Shown: in pieces, positions 40,421 to 50,054 of the stretch
How the letters are laid out: each line of letters opens with the position of its first letter
How positions within the stretch are numbered: position 1 is the first letter of the stretch
NCBI GenBank assembly: GCA_016186695.1
Contig: JACPLC010000001.1
Span: forward strand, 109,718 to 173,717
Reading direction: 5' to 3'
From: Candidatus Kaiserbacteria bacterium
GTDB taxonomy: Bacteria; Patescibacteriota; Minisyncoccia; Phycocordibacterales; UBA2100
DNA: 64,000 bases
Notes under the pieces: model-generated
Seen by the model: the letters and a program-made list of their open reading frames with translations, nothing else
Told to the model about the DNA's origin: nothing
Databases searched by the model: none
Made by a program: the position numbers and the translations under genes

Positions 40421-41362
40421 ATGAACAGGGTCGTGCTTGGTGCAGCAGCCGTCATCGCGGCCGCATGGCTTTTGATACTTCCGGTTTCGGACACCAGAGA
40501 TTTCGTTCGTCCTGTGCCGGTGATGCCGACTCCCACACCGGAGCCGCGAGCTTCTATTATATTCGGCGGCGATCTGATGTTCGACCGCTCGATCCGAACC
40601 GCCATGGAACAGCACGGAGAAGATTATATTTTTTCCTGCATTGAGGGTGTACTGCAAAGCGCGGATCTCGTGGTAGCAAACCTCGAGGGGCCGATCACCA
40701 CGCACCCGTCAAAAAGTATCGGTACGAAGGTCGGCGGGGAAGGGAATTATACTTTTACATTCCCGATCTCGGCCGCTGCACTACTCTTCCGCCATAACGT
40801 TCGATTGGTAAACATCGGCAACAACCACGTCATGAATTTCGGCCGCGAGGGCCTTGCGCAGACCAAATACTGGCTTGATGAAGCAGGGGTCCTCTATTTC
40901 GGTGAGCCGGATCTTAGCGAGACGGATCGCGTTGAAAGGATCTCGGTGAATGGAATTCCTTTCTCGTTCGTGAACTGGAGCGACTGGACCTCGGATAAGA
41001 CAGATCACACGGTCGCACAGGTACGCGAAGAGGCGGAGAAGGGAAACATCGTCGTCGTGTTTGCACACTGGGGAGACGAATACGTGCCGGCGCCGGAACG
41101 CGTCAAGGTTCTTGCGCGGCAATTCGTCGACGCGGGAGCGGATATTGTCATTGGTGCGCATCCGCACGTTGTACAGGAGCACGAAATCTATCAGGAGAAG
41201 CACATCTACTACTCGCTCGGCAATTTTGTTTTTGATCAGTACTGGAGTGAAGCCGTGCGACGGGGACTTCTGCTTCGCGTCGAATTTACTCGAGAAAGCG
41301 TCGCTTCAGTGGAAGAAATTCCCATTGATAATCAGACTGATCGTCGGACGTGTGCGGGATGA
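40421..41362 (+). CDS. CapA-family metallophosphatase
   Basis: GDLMFDR, NLEGP, GNNH..NFG, HWG.EY, GAHPHV, YSLGNF.FDQ. Confidence 0.9.
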   Translation: MNRVVLGAAAVIAAAWLLILPVSDTRDFVRPVPVMPTPTPEPRASIIFGGDLMFDRSIRTAMEQHGEDYIFSCIEGVLQSADLVVANLEGPITTHPSKSIGTKVGGEGNYTFTFPISAAALLFRHNVRLVNIGNNHVMNFGREGLAQTKYWLDEAGVLYFGEPDLSETDRVERISVNGIPFSFVNWSDWTSDKTDHTVAQVREEAEKGNIVVVFAHWGDEYVPAPERVKVLARQFVDAGADIVIGAHPHVVQEHEIYQEKHIYYSLGNFVFDQYWSEAVRRGLLLRVEFTRESVASVEEIPIDNQTDRRTCAG

Positions 41363-41828
41363 CGCGTTCGCCGAGGAGCGAGAGAAATTCCTTGCGCCGA
41401 TCTTCGCGTCCGATGTCCCAGAGATGCCAAAGAGGGTAGCACTCCGGCGTGTACTCGTAGTGTCCGCGAACTTCCCGGTCTTCAAAAATGCGAAGGTGAT
41501 ATTGGAAAACGAAGTCTTTCACCAGACGCAAACTCACTATCTCTCCGTCGTCCTCCCACGCGACGCGATGATAGGCGTAGCCCTTTTCGATGAGGTATGC
41601 GACAAATTCTTCGATAGAAAGATGCGGTGCGACCGTGCCGAGAAGGAACGGCTGGCGGCCCCGGTTTTTGATGAGGCTTAGCGCAATGACGCTGTCGCGC
41701 ACCGTCGGATGATACGGTGTGTAGTAGTACCAGAAGTAGTACTTGATGCGGTGCACCAGTGAATCGGGATAGACCATCTCCGAGTGGGGGATTTTTTCTA
41801 TGAGCGCACGACGATCATGGGGCGCCAT
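41286..41828 (-). CDS. Hypothetical protein
   Basis: 180-aa ORF with plausible composition (QYHLRIF.D.EVRGHYE); 3' overlap with the CapA gene. Confidence 0.75.
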   Translation of the reverse strand: MAPHDRRALIEKIPHSEMVYPDSLVHRIKYYFWYYYTPYHPTVRDSVIALSLIKNRGRQPFLLGTVAPHLSIEEFVAYLIEKGYAYHRVAWEDDGEIVSLRLVKDFVFQYHLRIFEDREVRGHYEYTPECYPLWHLWDIGREDRRKEFLSLLGERVIPHTSDDQSDYQWEFLPLKRRFLE

Positions 41829-42005
41829 ACATGTACTTCGTCGCGTATTGTATCAGGTGATATTGTTCCCGTGCAACGACGCGGCGTTGAAGGGACCGCG
41901 TTTTTGCAGTATTCTCAACGAATTGCGGATCTCGCCGGACGTGTCTGTCCACAGAGGGAGGGTTCTGTTTCTAAACTTTGTTCCAGAACCCGTATACTGT
42001 AATCA

Positions 42006-42350
42006 ATGCCATACATTGATCGAGAAAAAAAGCGATTGTATGACCAAAAGTGGAACAGGGAATATTATCGTAACAATCGGAAATCAGAGATTGCGCGAGT
42101 CAGAAAAAGAAAACAGGAACTTCGTGATTGGCTGGATGCGTACAAGACCAAACTCAAATGTGAAATATGCGGCGAGAAGCACCCAGCATGCCTTGATTTT
42201 CATCATAGAGATTCCAGTAAAAAAGATTTTTCGATCGGCGCTATAAAAGAATATGGGTGGGGCAGGGAAAAAGTACTTCTTGAGATACAAAAGTGCATGG
42301 TAGTATGCGCCAACTGCCATAGAAAAATACATGCGAGTAGGCTAAAATAG
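42006..42350 (+). CDS. HNH endonuclease (phage-type, Zn-binding)
   Basis: CEICG..LDFHH...KC..VCANCHRKIH; AT-rich; ends 8 nt before tRNA-Gln. Confidence 0.88.
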   Translation: MPYIDREKKRLYDQKWNREYYRNNRKSEIARVRKRKQELRDWLDAYKTKLKCEICGEKHPACLDFHHRDSSKKDFSIGAIKEYGWGREKVLLEIQKCMVVCANCHRKIHASRLK

Positions 42351-42358
42351 GCAGGAAT

Positions 42359-42429
42359 TGCGGGATCATCTAATGGTAGGATGCGACTCTCTGGAAGTCG
42401 TCATCTTGGTTCGAATCCAAGTCCCGCAG
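42359..42429 (+). tRNA. tRNA-Gln (CTG)
   Basis: TGCGGGA...TCCCGCA-G; anticodon arm CGACT-CTCTGGA-AGTCG; GGTTCGAATCC. Confidence 0.93.
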
Positions 42430-42631
42430 TCAGGCAAATTTACACGCCTTGACTAGCGCGTGGTCGAATAACGACTCTGCTGAGTCATAAAATGGAAATG
42501 AGCGAACAAAATAGATTCGAACCACTGGTGTCAGGCGAGCTTCACTTGCATTTCAAGTATGGCATGGTACCTTTTAAGTACAGTTGGCTTCGGCCTCACC
42601 CCCGCAAGGGGGAGAATATGTGGAAAGGCCG

Positions 42632-43015
42632 TCAGAGCAATCCTCTGGCGGCTTTTCTCAATCGGGCGAAAATATTCTTATCAAGAAAGCCGACCTTTTC
42701 CGCAAGGCGGCGTGTATCGATAACCCGCAACTGGGATAGGTTGGCTCGTGCCGGACGACCGTCAACCACCCCAATAGAGACACGAAGTGGATGCTCGCGG
42801 GCAGAAGTGGTGAGCGGTGCGACGAGACAAGCATCAGGGCCGAACCCGCGCAGTATGAGTGCCGGGCGGAGAAAATTATCACCTCGCCCGTCTTGTTCAG
42901 ATCCCACGTTCACACCAAGTCGGCACCACCATATTTCGCGAACGGTATAAAGGCGGGGAGGTTCCGCGTTCGTTTGCTTCTTCAGTGTATTCCATCGATC
43001 AAAATCTTTCTCCAT
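42632..43015 (-). CDS. PemK/MazF-family endoribonuclease toxin
   Basis: EIWW..LG.NVGSEQ.G....RP, PLTT, SQLR.ID..RL. Confidence 0.88.
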   Translation of the reverse strand: MEKDFDRWNTLKKQTNAEPPRLYTVREIWWCRLGVNVGSEQDGRGDNFLRPALILRGFGPDACLVAPLTTSAREHPLRVSIGVVDGRPARANLSQLRVIDTRRLAEKVGFLDKNIFARLRKAARGLL

Positions 43016-43094
43016 ATACGCGCAGGAATTATAACATCACAAGTGCGGTCATCTGTGGATGAGACGTTTGCCTGTGTGGCACAATCTCGGGTCT

Positions 43095-43331
43095 ATGAAA
43101 AAACCCGACAAGAATTATTCTGCAGCAGTGCCGATCGCTGACGAGCGCATTGAGGAGTTTCGACGTATTTACAAAGAAGCATACGGGGAGGAGATTTCAG
43201 TAGGCAACGCGCGAATAATGGCGCTGCGTCTCATCACGCTTTATCGATTACTCATGCAGCCGCTGCACGGCGAAGGCTCTTCGTCTCCTTCACAAGACTC
43301 TCCGGCTCAAAGCGCTGACGAAGCGTCCTGA
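43095..43331 (+). CDS. Small hypothetical protein (mobile-element associated)
   Basis: IEEFRRIYKEAYGEEIS helix; CACAAT upstream. Confidence 0.6.
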   Translation: MKKPDKNYSAAVPIADERIEEFRRIYKEAYGEEISVGNARIMALRLITLYRLLMQPLHGEGSSSPSQDSPAQSADEAS

Positions 43332-43477
43332 TATTTTCGAGTATGCCCTGCCCGTCTTCGGTGTGTAGCATGGCAGAAATTTCTTTCGTTAAGCGATTGA
43401 ACCAGCGTTTCTTGCCAATTCGGCTAAAAGTTCTAACATCGTCGATGACTCCCAGCCAAATTACAGCCAAATTAGGT

Positions 43478-43804
43478 ATGAGTGATGTAATAATCGGAAA
43501 AGGGAATTTGGCAGGAAAGGGCGTGTATGCAAATCGAGATTTTAAAGCGGGAGAAATTGTAATTCAGTATCACCTAAAATCTTTGACGGAGGAAGAATTT
43601 CAGAATCTTCCTGAAAGTGAAAAAGAGTTTACTCATATCTATCGTGGAGTCATTCGTCTTTATTCAGGACCAGAACGATACGTTAATCATTCCGCGAATC
43701 CCAATACCTCTCAAGATCTAGAAAACGGGCGAGATGTAGCTTTGCGCGATATTAAGAAGGGGGGAGTGATCACGACTGACGCGACTAAGGATGACTCCAA
43801 CTAG
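43478..43804 (+). CDS. Minimal SET-domain protein
   Basis: GKGVYA.RDFKAGE, RYVNHSANPN, ALRDIKKG; AT-rich. Confidence 0.85.
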   Translation: MSDVIIGKGNLAGKGVYANRDFKAGEIVIQYHLKSLTEEEFQNLPESEKEFTHIYRGVIRLYSGPERYVNHSANPNTSQDLENGRDVALRDIKKGGVITTDATKDDSN

Positions 43805-44022
43805 CCTCCAGATTGGTTCCAATATCGTATCAGACGGCCAGCAACCGAGCATGAGCAATTGACTTTGGACAGCTTGCAATATAAATACGTCATGATACTA
43901 TTGCTACATCATTTCAGGGTGATCCAGAGAAGCGGGGATCGACCTTCAACTCCACTCACTGTATTTGATCGATCGAAAATATTTCGGTCGCGATTATCAG
44001 TCCAATCTATTCTTCCATTGCT

Positions 44023-44226
44023 ATGCAAGAAGGAACAATTGCCCGTCTCACCGATAAGGGTTTCGGGTTTATCTCTCGCGAGGGACAGGAAAAAGATCTC
44101 TTTTTCCACTCCAACGAGCTCGTGAATGTTAAGTTCGATGAGCTTCGCGAAGGAGACAAAGTGACTTTTGAAGTCGCGGACAGTCCGAAAGGACCGAACG
44201 CGGTGAAGGTCAGCCGCGTTTCCTAA
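44023..44226 (+). CDS. Cold-shock protein
   Basis: KGFGFI, DLFFH, KGPNA. Confidence 0.95.
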   Translation: MQEGTIARLTDKGFGFISREGQEKDLFFHSNELVNVKFDELREGDKVTFEVADSPKGPNAVKVSRVS

Positions 44227-44230
44227 AGTA

Positions 44231-44254
44231 AAAGCGCTCCGTATGGGGCGCTTT
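44231..44254 (+). terminator. Intrinsic terminator after csp gene
   Basis: AAAGCGCTCC-GTAT-GGGGCGCTTT. Confidence 0.7.
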
Positions 44255-44304
44255 GCATATAAGTGTTTCTGGTCTGAATTTCGTATTCTGTTATACTGCC
44301 GCAA

Positions 44305-45852
44305 ATGCAAAAAATCCTCGCTCATATACGCGCGAACGCTGTGGTCTACGGCGGCGTTGCCGTCGTGCTGCTCGGCGCCGGGTTTCTGTTTTCGAACAGT
44401 AAGAACGGCAAGGAGGAGCTCCTTACGGTTACGGCCGGTGCCTTCGTGCAAGAGGTAAGCGTGTCGGGAAAGGTGATAGCCGCTCAAGACGTGGACCTCG
44501 GATTCTCGCAGGGCGGTCGTGTTGCCGGCGTATATGTGAAAGTCGGCCAGCAGGTACAAGCGGGAACCACTCTCGCGGAGCTCGATAACGGCGATCTACG
44601 CGCGAGTGTCTTGCAGAAGCAAGCCGCTCTGGAGCGCGAGAAGGCATCGCTTGCACTGCTGCGCGAGGGAACACGGTCGGAAGAGGTGGAAATTGCACTC
44701 TCTGAAGTGAGGAGTGACGAAACGGAGCTCACGCAGAAGCGTAATTCGCTTGTTGAGGCGGTAAAAGACGCATTCAGCACGTCGGATGATGCCGTGCGCA
44801 ACACTATTGACCAATTCATCAGCAGTCCGCGAATCGATCCCCAAATCAATTTCATCGTGAGTGATATTCAACTCGAAACCAAGGTCGAGCACACACGCCT
44901 TGCGATGGAAAGCGTGCTCGCGCTCTGGCAGAGGAACGTGGAAGGGCTTGCAGCCGATTCCGCGCTCCCAGGTGCGGTCTCGGAGGCGCAGTACAACCTC
45001 TCGCAAGTTGCCTTGCTGCTGACGGATGCCAACACTGTTCTCAATAAGGCAGTGCCAACGGGGAGCAATACGCAGGCAGTAATCGACGGTTACGAGACTG
45101 ACGTCGCCGCCGTGCGCGCTGCTGTGAATGTCGCCGCCTCGGCCCTCGTTTCTGCGATAACCGCAGAGAAAAATGCAGTCTCGGCACTCGAAACTTCACG
45201 CAGGAGTCTCACGCTTAAACAGGCAGGCACGCGTGCAAGTGACATTGATGCGCAGGAGGCGGATGTGAAAGTTGCGGAGGCCGACCTTGCAAACGCGCAT
45301 GCGCAACTAGGGAAGACGATCATGCGGGCCCCCTTCACGGGGGTCGTCACAAAAATGGATCTCAAGATCGGACAAGTAGCATCCGCGAGTGTTTCGGACG
45401 TTTCCATGATCTCTTCCGGCACGTTCCAGATAGAAAGCTTTGTTCCCGAGGTGAACATCGCTCTCATCGAAGTCGGTGACCCGGGGAACGTGACACTTGA
45501 CGCATATAGTGCAGATGTCGTATTTACCGCGCGCATTATTTCTATCGATCCTGCAGAAACGACTCGCGATGGTGTTTCTACGTACCGTTCACTTCTCCAG
45601 TTTTCTGAAAACGATCCCCGTATCAGACCGGGAATGACGGCTAACGTTGTTATCAAAACCGACGAGCGTGCCGGTATAATCAGCGTCCCGCAGGGGATCG
45701 TTTTCGAGCGTGGTGGCAAAAAGTATGTCCGTGTGAAGATCGGTAAGGAGATTGAGGAGAGAGTGGTAACGACGGGCGCTGTCTCGAACCTCGGCAACGT
45801 TGAAATTCTTTCGGGTCTTTCGGAGGGCGAGCTAGTCGTGCTCTCGCCGTAG
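44305..45852 (+). CDS. Efflux periplasmic adaptor (MacA/HlyD-like)
   Basis: TM, GRV..V.VKVGQ.V..G, long coiled coil, RAPFTGVV, RPGMTA. Confidence 0.9.
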   Translation: MQKILAHIRANAVVYGGVAVVLLGAGFLFSNSKNGKEELLTVTAGAFVQEVSVSGKVIAAQDVDLGFSQGGRVAGVYVKVGQQVQAGTTLAELDNGDLRASVLQKQAALEREKASLALLREGTRSEEVEIALSEVRSDETELTQKRNSLVEAVKDAFSTSDDAVRNTIDQFISSPRIDPQINFIVSDIQLETKVEHTRLAMESVLALWQRNVEGLAADSALPGAVSEAQYNLSQVALLLTDANTVLNKAVPTGSNTQAVIDGYETDVAAVRAAVNVAASALVSAITAEKNAVSALETSRRSLTLKQAGTRASDIDAQEADVKVAEADLANAHAQLGKTIMRAPFTGVVTKMDLKIGQVASASVSDVSMISSGTFQIESFVPEVNIALIEVGDPGNVTLDAYSADVVFTARIISIDPAETTRDGVSTYRSLLQFSENDPRIRPGMTANVVIKTDERAGIISVPQGIVFERGGKKYVRVKIGKEIEERVVTTGAVSNLGNVEILSGLSEGELVVLSP

Positions 45853-45856
45853 GTAC

Positions 45857-47107
45857 ATGGTCCCCCTGAATATTCGTGTTGGTTTTTTCTTAGCTCTGCG
45901 GGCCTTGAAGAGAGCATCACTCTGGACCACCGGACTCATTGTTTTTGTAATGGTGCTCACGTTCCTCAACCTTGTCGTTATCTCGGGAATCTTGGTAGGG
46001 CTTTTGCAAGGAGCGGTTGACGCGGTGCGCACCGAATACACGAGCGATGTCATTATCTCGACCTTGAGTGACAAGAGCTACATCGAGAACAGCGCAAACC
46101 TCATATTGCTTGCCAAAGGACTGCCCGGTGTCGAGCGTGTGACTGCCCGGTACATCGAGGCGTCGCGACTCGAGGCCGGCTACCAGACGCGGAAAGAATC
46201 GGATAAGCCCGATACCGCGAACGCATTGGTTGTCGGCGTCGATCCCGAAGAAGAAGACGCGATCAGCGGAATCTCAAACGACATTATCGAAGGCGAATTT
46301 CTTGAGGCAGGCGATTACGACAAGATAGTGCTCGGCAACTACCTTTTAAAGCAGTACATTTTGTTTGAAACGCCCGGACTTGCGACGCTCGATGACGTCG
46401 GCATTGGCACGAAGATCCGCCTGCACGTGGGCGACGTGACGCGAGAGGTCACCGTGAAGGGTATTCTCAAGAGCAAGGTTGACGAGATAGCACTGCGTGC
46501 GTTCATGGTCGATTCGCAGTTCAGGAGCATTATCGGACGCAACGATGGAAATGTTGACGAGATCGCCATCAAGACCAACGAAGAGACGACACCGGAACAG
46601 CTCCGCGACGCGCTGATTCTTCGAGGTGTTAGAGAGGATGCGAGAGTGCAAACCTTCGAGGAGGCGCAGCCACAAGCATTCAAAGACGTCATCAGTACCT
46701 TCAATATGCTTGGCACCATGTTTTCCTCGATCGGGCTTGTCGTCGCCTCCGTCACTATTTTCATCGTAATTTTCGTAAATGCACTCACGCGCCGAAAGTA
46801 CATCGGGATATTGAAAGGCATTGGTGTTTCTGGCCGCGCGATCGAGTTCTCCTATGTCTTCCAATCCATTTTTTACGCTGTCATCGGCTCGGCAATCGGG
46901 CTTGCACTCGTGTACGGGTTTCTCGTGCCCTACTTTCTAGCGAACCCGATCGATTTTCCCTTCAGCGACGGCATTCTGGTTGCACCCTATGAGCAGACCT
47001 TTTTCCGCGTTGGTCTTCTTGTCGTCTCGACAGTCGTTGCTGGCTACATTCCCGCATGGATGATTATCAGGAGAAACACGCTCGACTCGATACTGGGCCG
47101 CAACTAA
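45857..47107 (+). CDS. ABC transporter permease (MacB/LolE-like)
   Basis: 4 TM segments with large extracytoplasmic loop; IGILKGIG. Confidence 0.9.
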   Translation: MVPLNIRVGFFLALRALKRASLWTTGLIVFVMVLTFLNLVVISGILVGLLQGAVDAVRTEYTSDVIISTLSDKSYIENSANLILLAKGLPGVERVTARYIEASRLEAGYQTRKESDKPDTANALVVGVDPEEEDAISGISNDIIEGEFLEAGDYDKIVLGNYLLKQYILFETPGLATLDDVGIGTKIRLHVGDVTREVTVKGILKSKVDEIALRAFMVDSQFRSIIGRNDGNVDEIAIKTNEETTPEQLRDALILRGVREDARVQTFEEAQPQAFKDVISTFNMLGTMFSSIGLVVASVTIFIVIFVNALTRRKYIGILKGIGVSGRAIEFSYVFQSIFYAVIGSAIGLALVYGFLVPYFLANPIDFPFSDGILVAPYEQTFFRVGLLVVSTVVAGYIPAWMIIRRNTLDSILGRN

Positions 47108-47113
47108 ACGACC

Positions 47114-47585
47114 ATGATACAAACCGCACAATTGATGAAAACATTCAAGAACGGCGATGTGTTCACGCCCGTCTTGAAGGGGATCGACTTTGTGGCCTCG
47201 CAAGGCGAGTGGGTCGCCATCATGGGCCGAAGCGGCGCAGGCAAATCTACCTTTCTCTATCAGATGAGTCTCCTCGACGATCCGACGAGCGGGGAGATCG
47301 TTATCGATGGACATGACACGCATGAGATGAGTGCGAACGAGAAGATGCAGTTTCGGCTTTCGAAGTTTGGATTTGTGTTTCAACGAGCCAAAAGTGCTTT
47401 TTGCGGACGAACCGACTGCAAACCTCGACAACGAATCCTCGAGGCGCATCATGGAAATATTCACTGAGCTCCATAAGGCGGGGCAGACTATCATCATGGT
47501 CACGCACGAAGAACAGTATGCAAGTCTTACACAGCGTATCGTGCACCTCGACGACGGTCGCGTTGTCTCTGAGGAGAAACAGTAA
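47114..47585 (+). pseudogene. ABC ATP-binding subunit (LolD-like) with internal deletion and frameshift
   Basis: GRSGAGKST...GFVFQ in one frame joins directly to NEPKVLFADEPTANLD...VTH in another; LSGG signature region missing. Confidence 0.85.
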
Positions 47586-47593
47586 AATTTCCC

Positions 47594-48880
47594 ATGGACG
47601 CTATACGGGCATTTGGCGAGCAGACTTTTTCGTCGTTGAAGATCCGCAATTATCGTCTCTACTTTATCGGGCAAGGGCTCTCCGACATCGGCACGTGGAT
47701 GCAGGTGGTTGCAATCGGCTGGCTTGTGCTTGAGCTGACCGGCTCCGGAATACAGCTCGGAAGCGTATTGGCATTCCGTTTTGCGCCCATGCTTGCCTTG
47801 GGTGTGCTTGCCGGAAGTGTCGTCGATTCGTTCGACAAGCGGGTCCTTTTGTACATAACGCAATCTATCGGGGCATTCGTCGCGCTCTCTATAGGCGTCC
47901 TTGTTCTTACGGAATCTATCACGCTCCCGATGGTATACCTCGCCGCGCTCGTTCTCGGCCTTGCGGATGTTTTCGATCGTCCAGCGAGGCAGACGTTTGT
48001 GCACGAGGTAGTAGGTCCCGAGAATCTGAGAAATGCCGTTAGCTTAGGCTCTGCGCGCGCGAATCTCGCGCGCGCCCTCGGGCCTATGTTTGCGGGTGCC
48101 CTGATTGCAGGCGCAGGCATGGCACTCTGTTTTTTTGGGAACGCGCTTTCATATGCTGTGTCCCTCGTTGCACTTTTTTTGATGCGCCGGCGCGAATTGC
48201 ATCGCGAATTCGCCGAAGCGCGCAAAGTGAGCCATATTTTTTCGGGTCTTCGCTATGTTGCATCAATGCCGCTCATACGCACTATTCTCATTTCTATGGC
48301 GGTCGTCGGCACCCTCTCGTATGAATTTCAAACTACACTTCCTCTCCTTGCACGTACAACGTTTCTCGGAAATGCCGCCGACTATGCGGCACTCCTTTCT
48401 GCAATGGGAGCGGGTAGCGTTGCCGGAGGTTTGTTCTCTGCGAGCCGCAAGGAAGTTGGCGCGCACGAGTTTGTTTTCTGGGCGTTTCTCTTCGGCGTTT
48501 CGATCTGCGCGACAGCGTTCATGCCCTCTCTCCCGTACGCAGTTCTCGGGATGGTATTTGTGGGATTCTTTTCCATCTGTCTTTCCACTACGGGAAACAC
48601 CATGATCCAACTCGAATCTGCCTCGCACATGCGGGGGCGGGTGATGTCTTTGTGGTCGATGGCACTTTTCGGCTCAACCTTGATCGGCGCGCCCATCGTC
48701 GGGCTTGTCGGCGAGCATATTTCTCCGCGATGGGCGCTCGCGCTTGGCGGAGTAGCGGCGATTGTTGCGGCACTTTTTGCGAGCCGTCGGCTTCTCAAGA
48801 GCTATCAGTTCTTTTCTATTCCATCATTTATATCCATTCGCCGAGAGGAGGAGACAGTTGTAGAGAGTGAGAAAGTATGA
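47594..48880 (+). CDS. MFS transporter (MFS_3/EntS-like)
   Basis: NYRLYFIGQ, WMQ.VA..WLVLELT, MRGRVMS; about 12 TM segments. Confidence 0.9.
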   Translation: MDAIRAFGEQTFSSLKIRNYRLYFIGQGLSDIGTWMQVVAIGWLVLELTGSGIQLGSVLAFRFAPMLALGVLAGSVVDSFDKRVLLYITQSIGAFVALSIGVLVLTESITLPMVYLAALVLGLADVFDRPARQTFVHEVVGPENLRNAVSLGSARANLARALGPMFAGALIAGAGMALCFFGNALSYAVSLVALFLMRRRELHREFAEARKVSHIFSGLRYVASMPLIRTILISMAVVGTLSYEFQTTLPLLARTTFLGNAADYAALLSAMGAGSVAGGLFSASRKEVGAHEFVFWAFLFGVSICATAFMPSLPYAVLGMVFVGFFSICLSTTGNTMIQLESASHMRGRVMSLWSMALFGSTLIGAPIVGLVGEHISPRWALALGGVAAIVAALFASRRLLKSYQFFSIPSFISIRREEETVVESEKV

Positions 48881-48881
48881 A

Positions 48882-48995
48882 CGCAGAAGCGGAAGCGTTT
48901 CTCGCCTGCGAAACTCGCTTCGCCCGTCACACGCACCGCGTGTGGTCGGGCTTCGCTCAAACAGTCCTCGGCTTCAAAACGCTTCCACTCCTGCG
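48882..48995. repeat. Structured intergenic element, family 1, copy D (extended)
   Basis: Stem CGCAGAAGCGGAAGCGTTT/AAACGCTTCCACTCCTGCG; core with 26-nt hairpin insert between two GCTTCGC. Confidence 0.85.
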
Positions 48996-49013
48996 CTTGT
49001 GGGAATAAATAAT

Positions 49014-49039
49014 GAAACCGCCCCTTTTGGGGCGGTTTC
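49014..49039. terminator. Terminator hairpin between convergent genes
   Basis: GAAACCGCCCC-TTTT-GGGGCGGTTTC. Confidence 0.75.
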
Positions 49040-49051
49040 TTCGAGAATGCG

Positions 49052-49741
49052 TTAGGGGTTTGTCCGGAATGTCGCGGGCCATGTTAGGCTCAAGTTTCCA
49101 CTTGCGTCGGTTGCCTGCACGACGTAGAAGTACGTGGTGCTTGAAGCAAGTCCGGAGAGCATAACGCTATGCGCGCTTCTGAGAGAGGTGTCTGTCGTTA
49201 CTCCGGTTCCGGTCACGATCGGCGCGAAGCCGAGTCCCGCTGCTTCGGAGAACGTTATCGGCAAAGAAGAGTAGTAGACTTTCGAGGATGCCGGTTCATT
49301 CGTTGAGAAGTTCACGGTCGCTGCATTTGGGGATGTTGCGACCGCTGTCGCAAAGATGAACGGTCCCGAGAAATCTATTCCCGCGCCCACGCTTCCACCC
49401 GCACGAAGATTCAACTGTACGAGCGTCATCGGTCCGACGCGGCCGTAGCCGGTCGAGAGGGGTGTGCCCGAGCAGACGATTTCTTCGGCGCACTGGAAGC
49501 GCTGTACCGCGGCTTGTGTGAGTACTCCGAAGTAACCGGTCACCAACCCTTCAGGGTAGTGACTTGTTTTCGTTGCCAGGAAGGACTGCAGTTCACTGAC
49601 CTGCGCGCCGCGCGAGCCAACGCTCATCTGCTGCGTGAAGACAGTGGTCTGTGCACTCGCTGTGAATGCCCACAACAGGATCAGGGCAAGAAGGACAATT
49701 CCAGCCGTAAGGCCGACTTTTCGAGATAATGCTAATTTCAT
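49052..49741 (-). CDS. Secreted peptidoglycan-binding and Fn3-like protein
   Basis: Signal peptide; GSRG.QV..LQ.FL..VTGYFG.LT..AV.RFQ; H.V.LSGL..STTY. Confidence 0.85.
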   Translation of the reverse strand: MKLALSRKVGLTAGIVLLALILLWAFTASAQTTVFTQQMSVGSRGAQVSELQSFLATKTSHYPEGLVTGYFGVLTQAAVQRFQCAEEIVCSGTPLSTGYGRVGPMTLVQLNLRAGGSVGAGIDFSGPFIFATAVATSPNAATVNFSTNEPASSKVYYSSLPITFSEAAGLGFAPIVTGTGVTTDTSLRSAHSVMLSGLASSTTYFYVVQATDASGNLSLTWPATFRTNP

Positions 49742-50054
49742 ACGTAATGTGTAGTCTTTAGGTCGTTGATAATGCAAGATCGACCGGCTCTTGTGACGAG
49801 GAGCCAATATGAAGGTTACAGCCGCATCATGAAGTCACCGTGTATATTTGGCTTGTAAACCGGCCCCGTGCCGGTTTCTGGACTCCTCGGCTCAAAGATG
49901 CAAAAGCGAGCTTTTGCACCCACTCGCTCTACGTCGCCAGTAATCGAATTCTTCTAGGGACGTCAGCCTGTATGGTGCTCATGAAAACTTCATATTGTAT
50001 GCTTCACAGTAGTAGCGTGGCCGAGAGGCCGCACTTAGCAGTCAACAATCATAT

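Noticed and set aside
40279-40644. ORFs crossing repeat copies (also 37285-37479, 48867-49055, 57579-57794)
   Set aside because: Translations of GC-rich palindromes, or shadows of real genes
43252-43470. 72-aa minus-strand ORF as a MazE antitoxin
   Set aside because: Ends over 230 nt from the toxin start, overlaps another ORF and has no AbrB/RHH features
42430-43860. Intact prophage or integrative element at tRNA-Gln
   Set aside because: No integrase, structural genes or duplicated tRNA 3' end seen; at most a remnant
49805-50010. ATGAAG/CTTCA repeats as response-regulator binding sites
   Set aside because: Plausible, but too short and irregularly spaced to support
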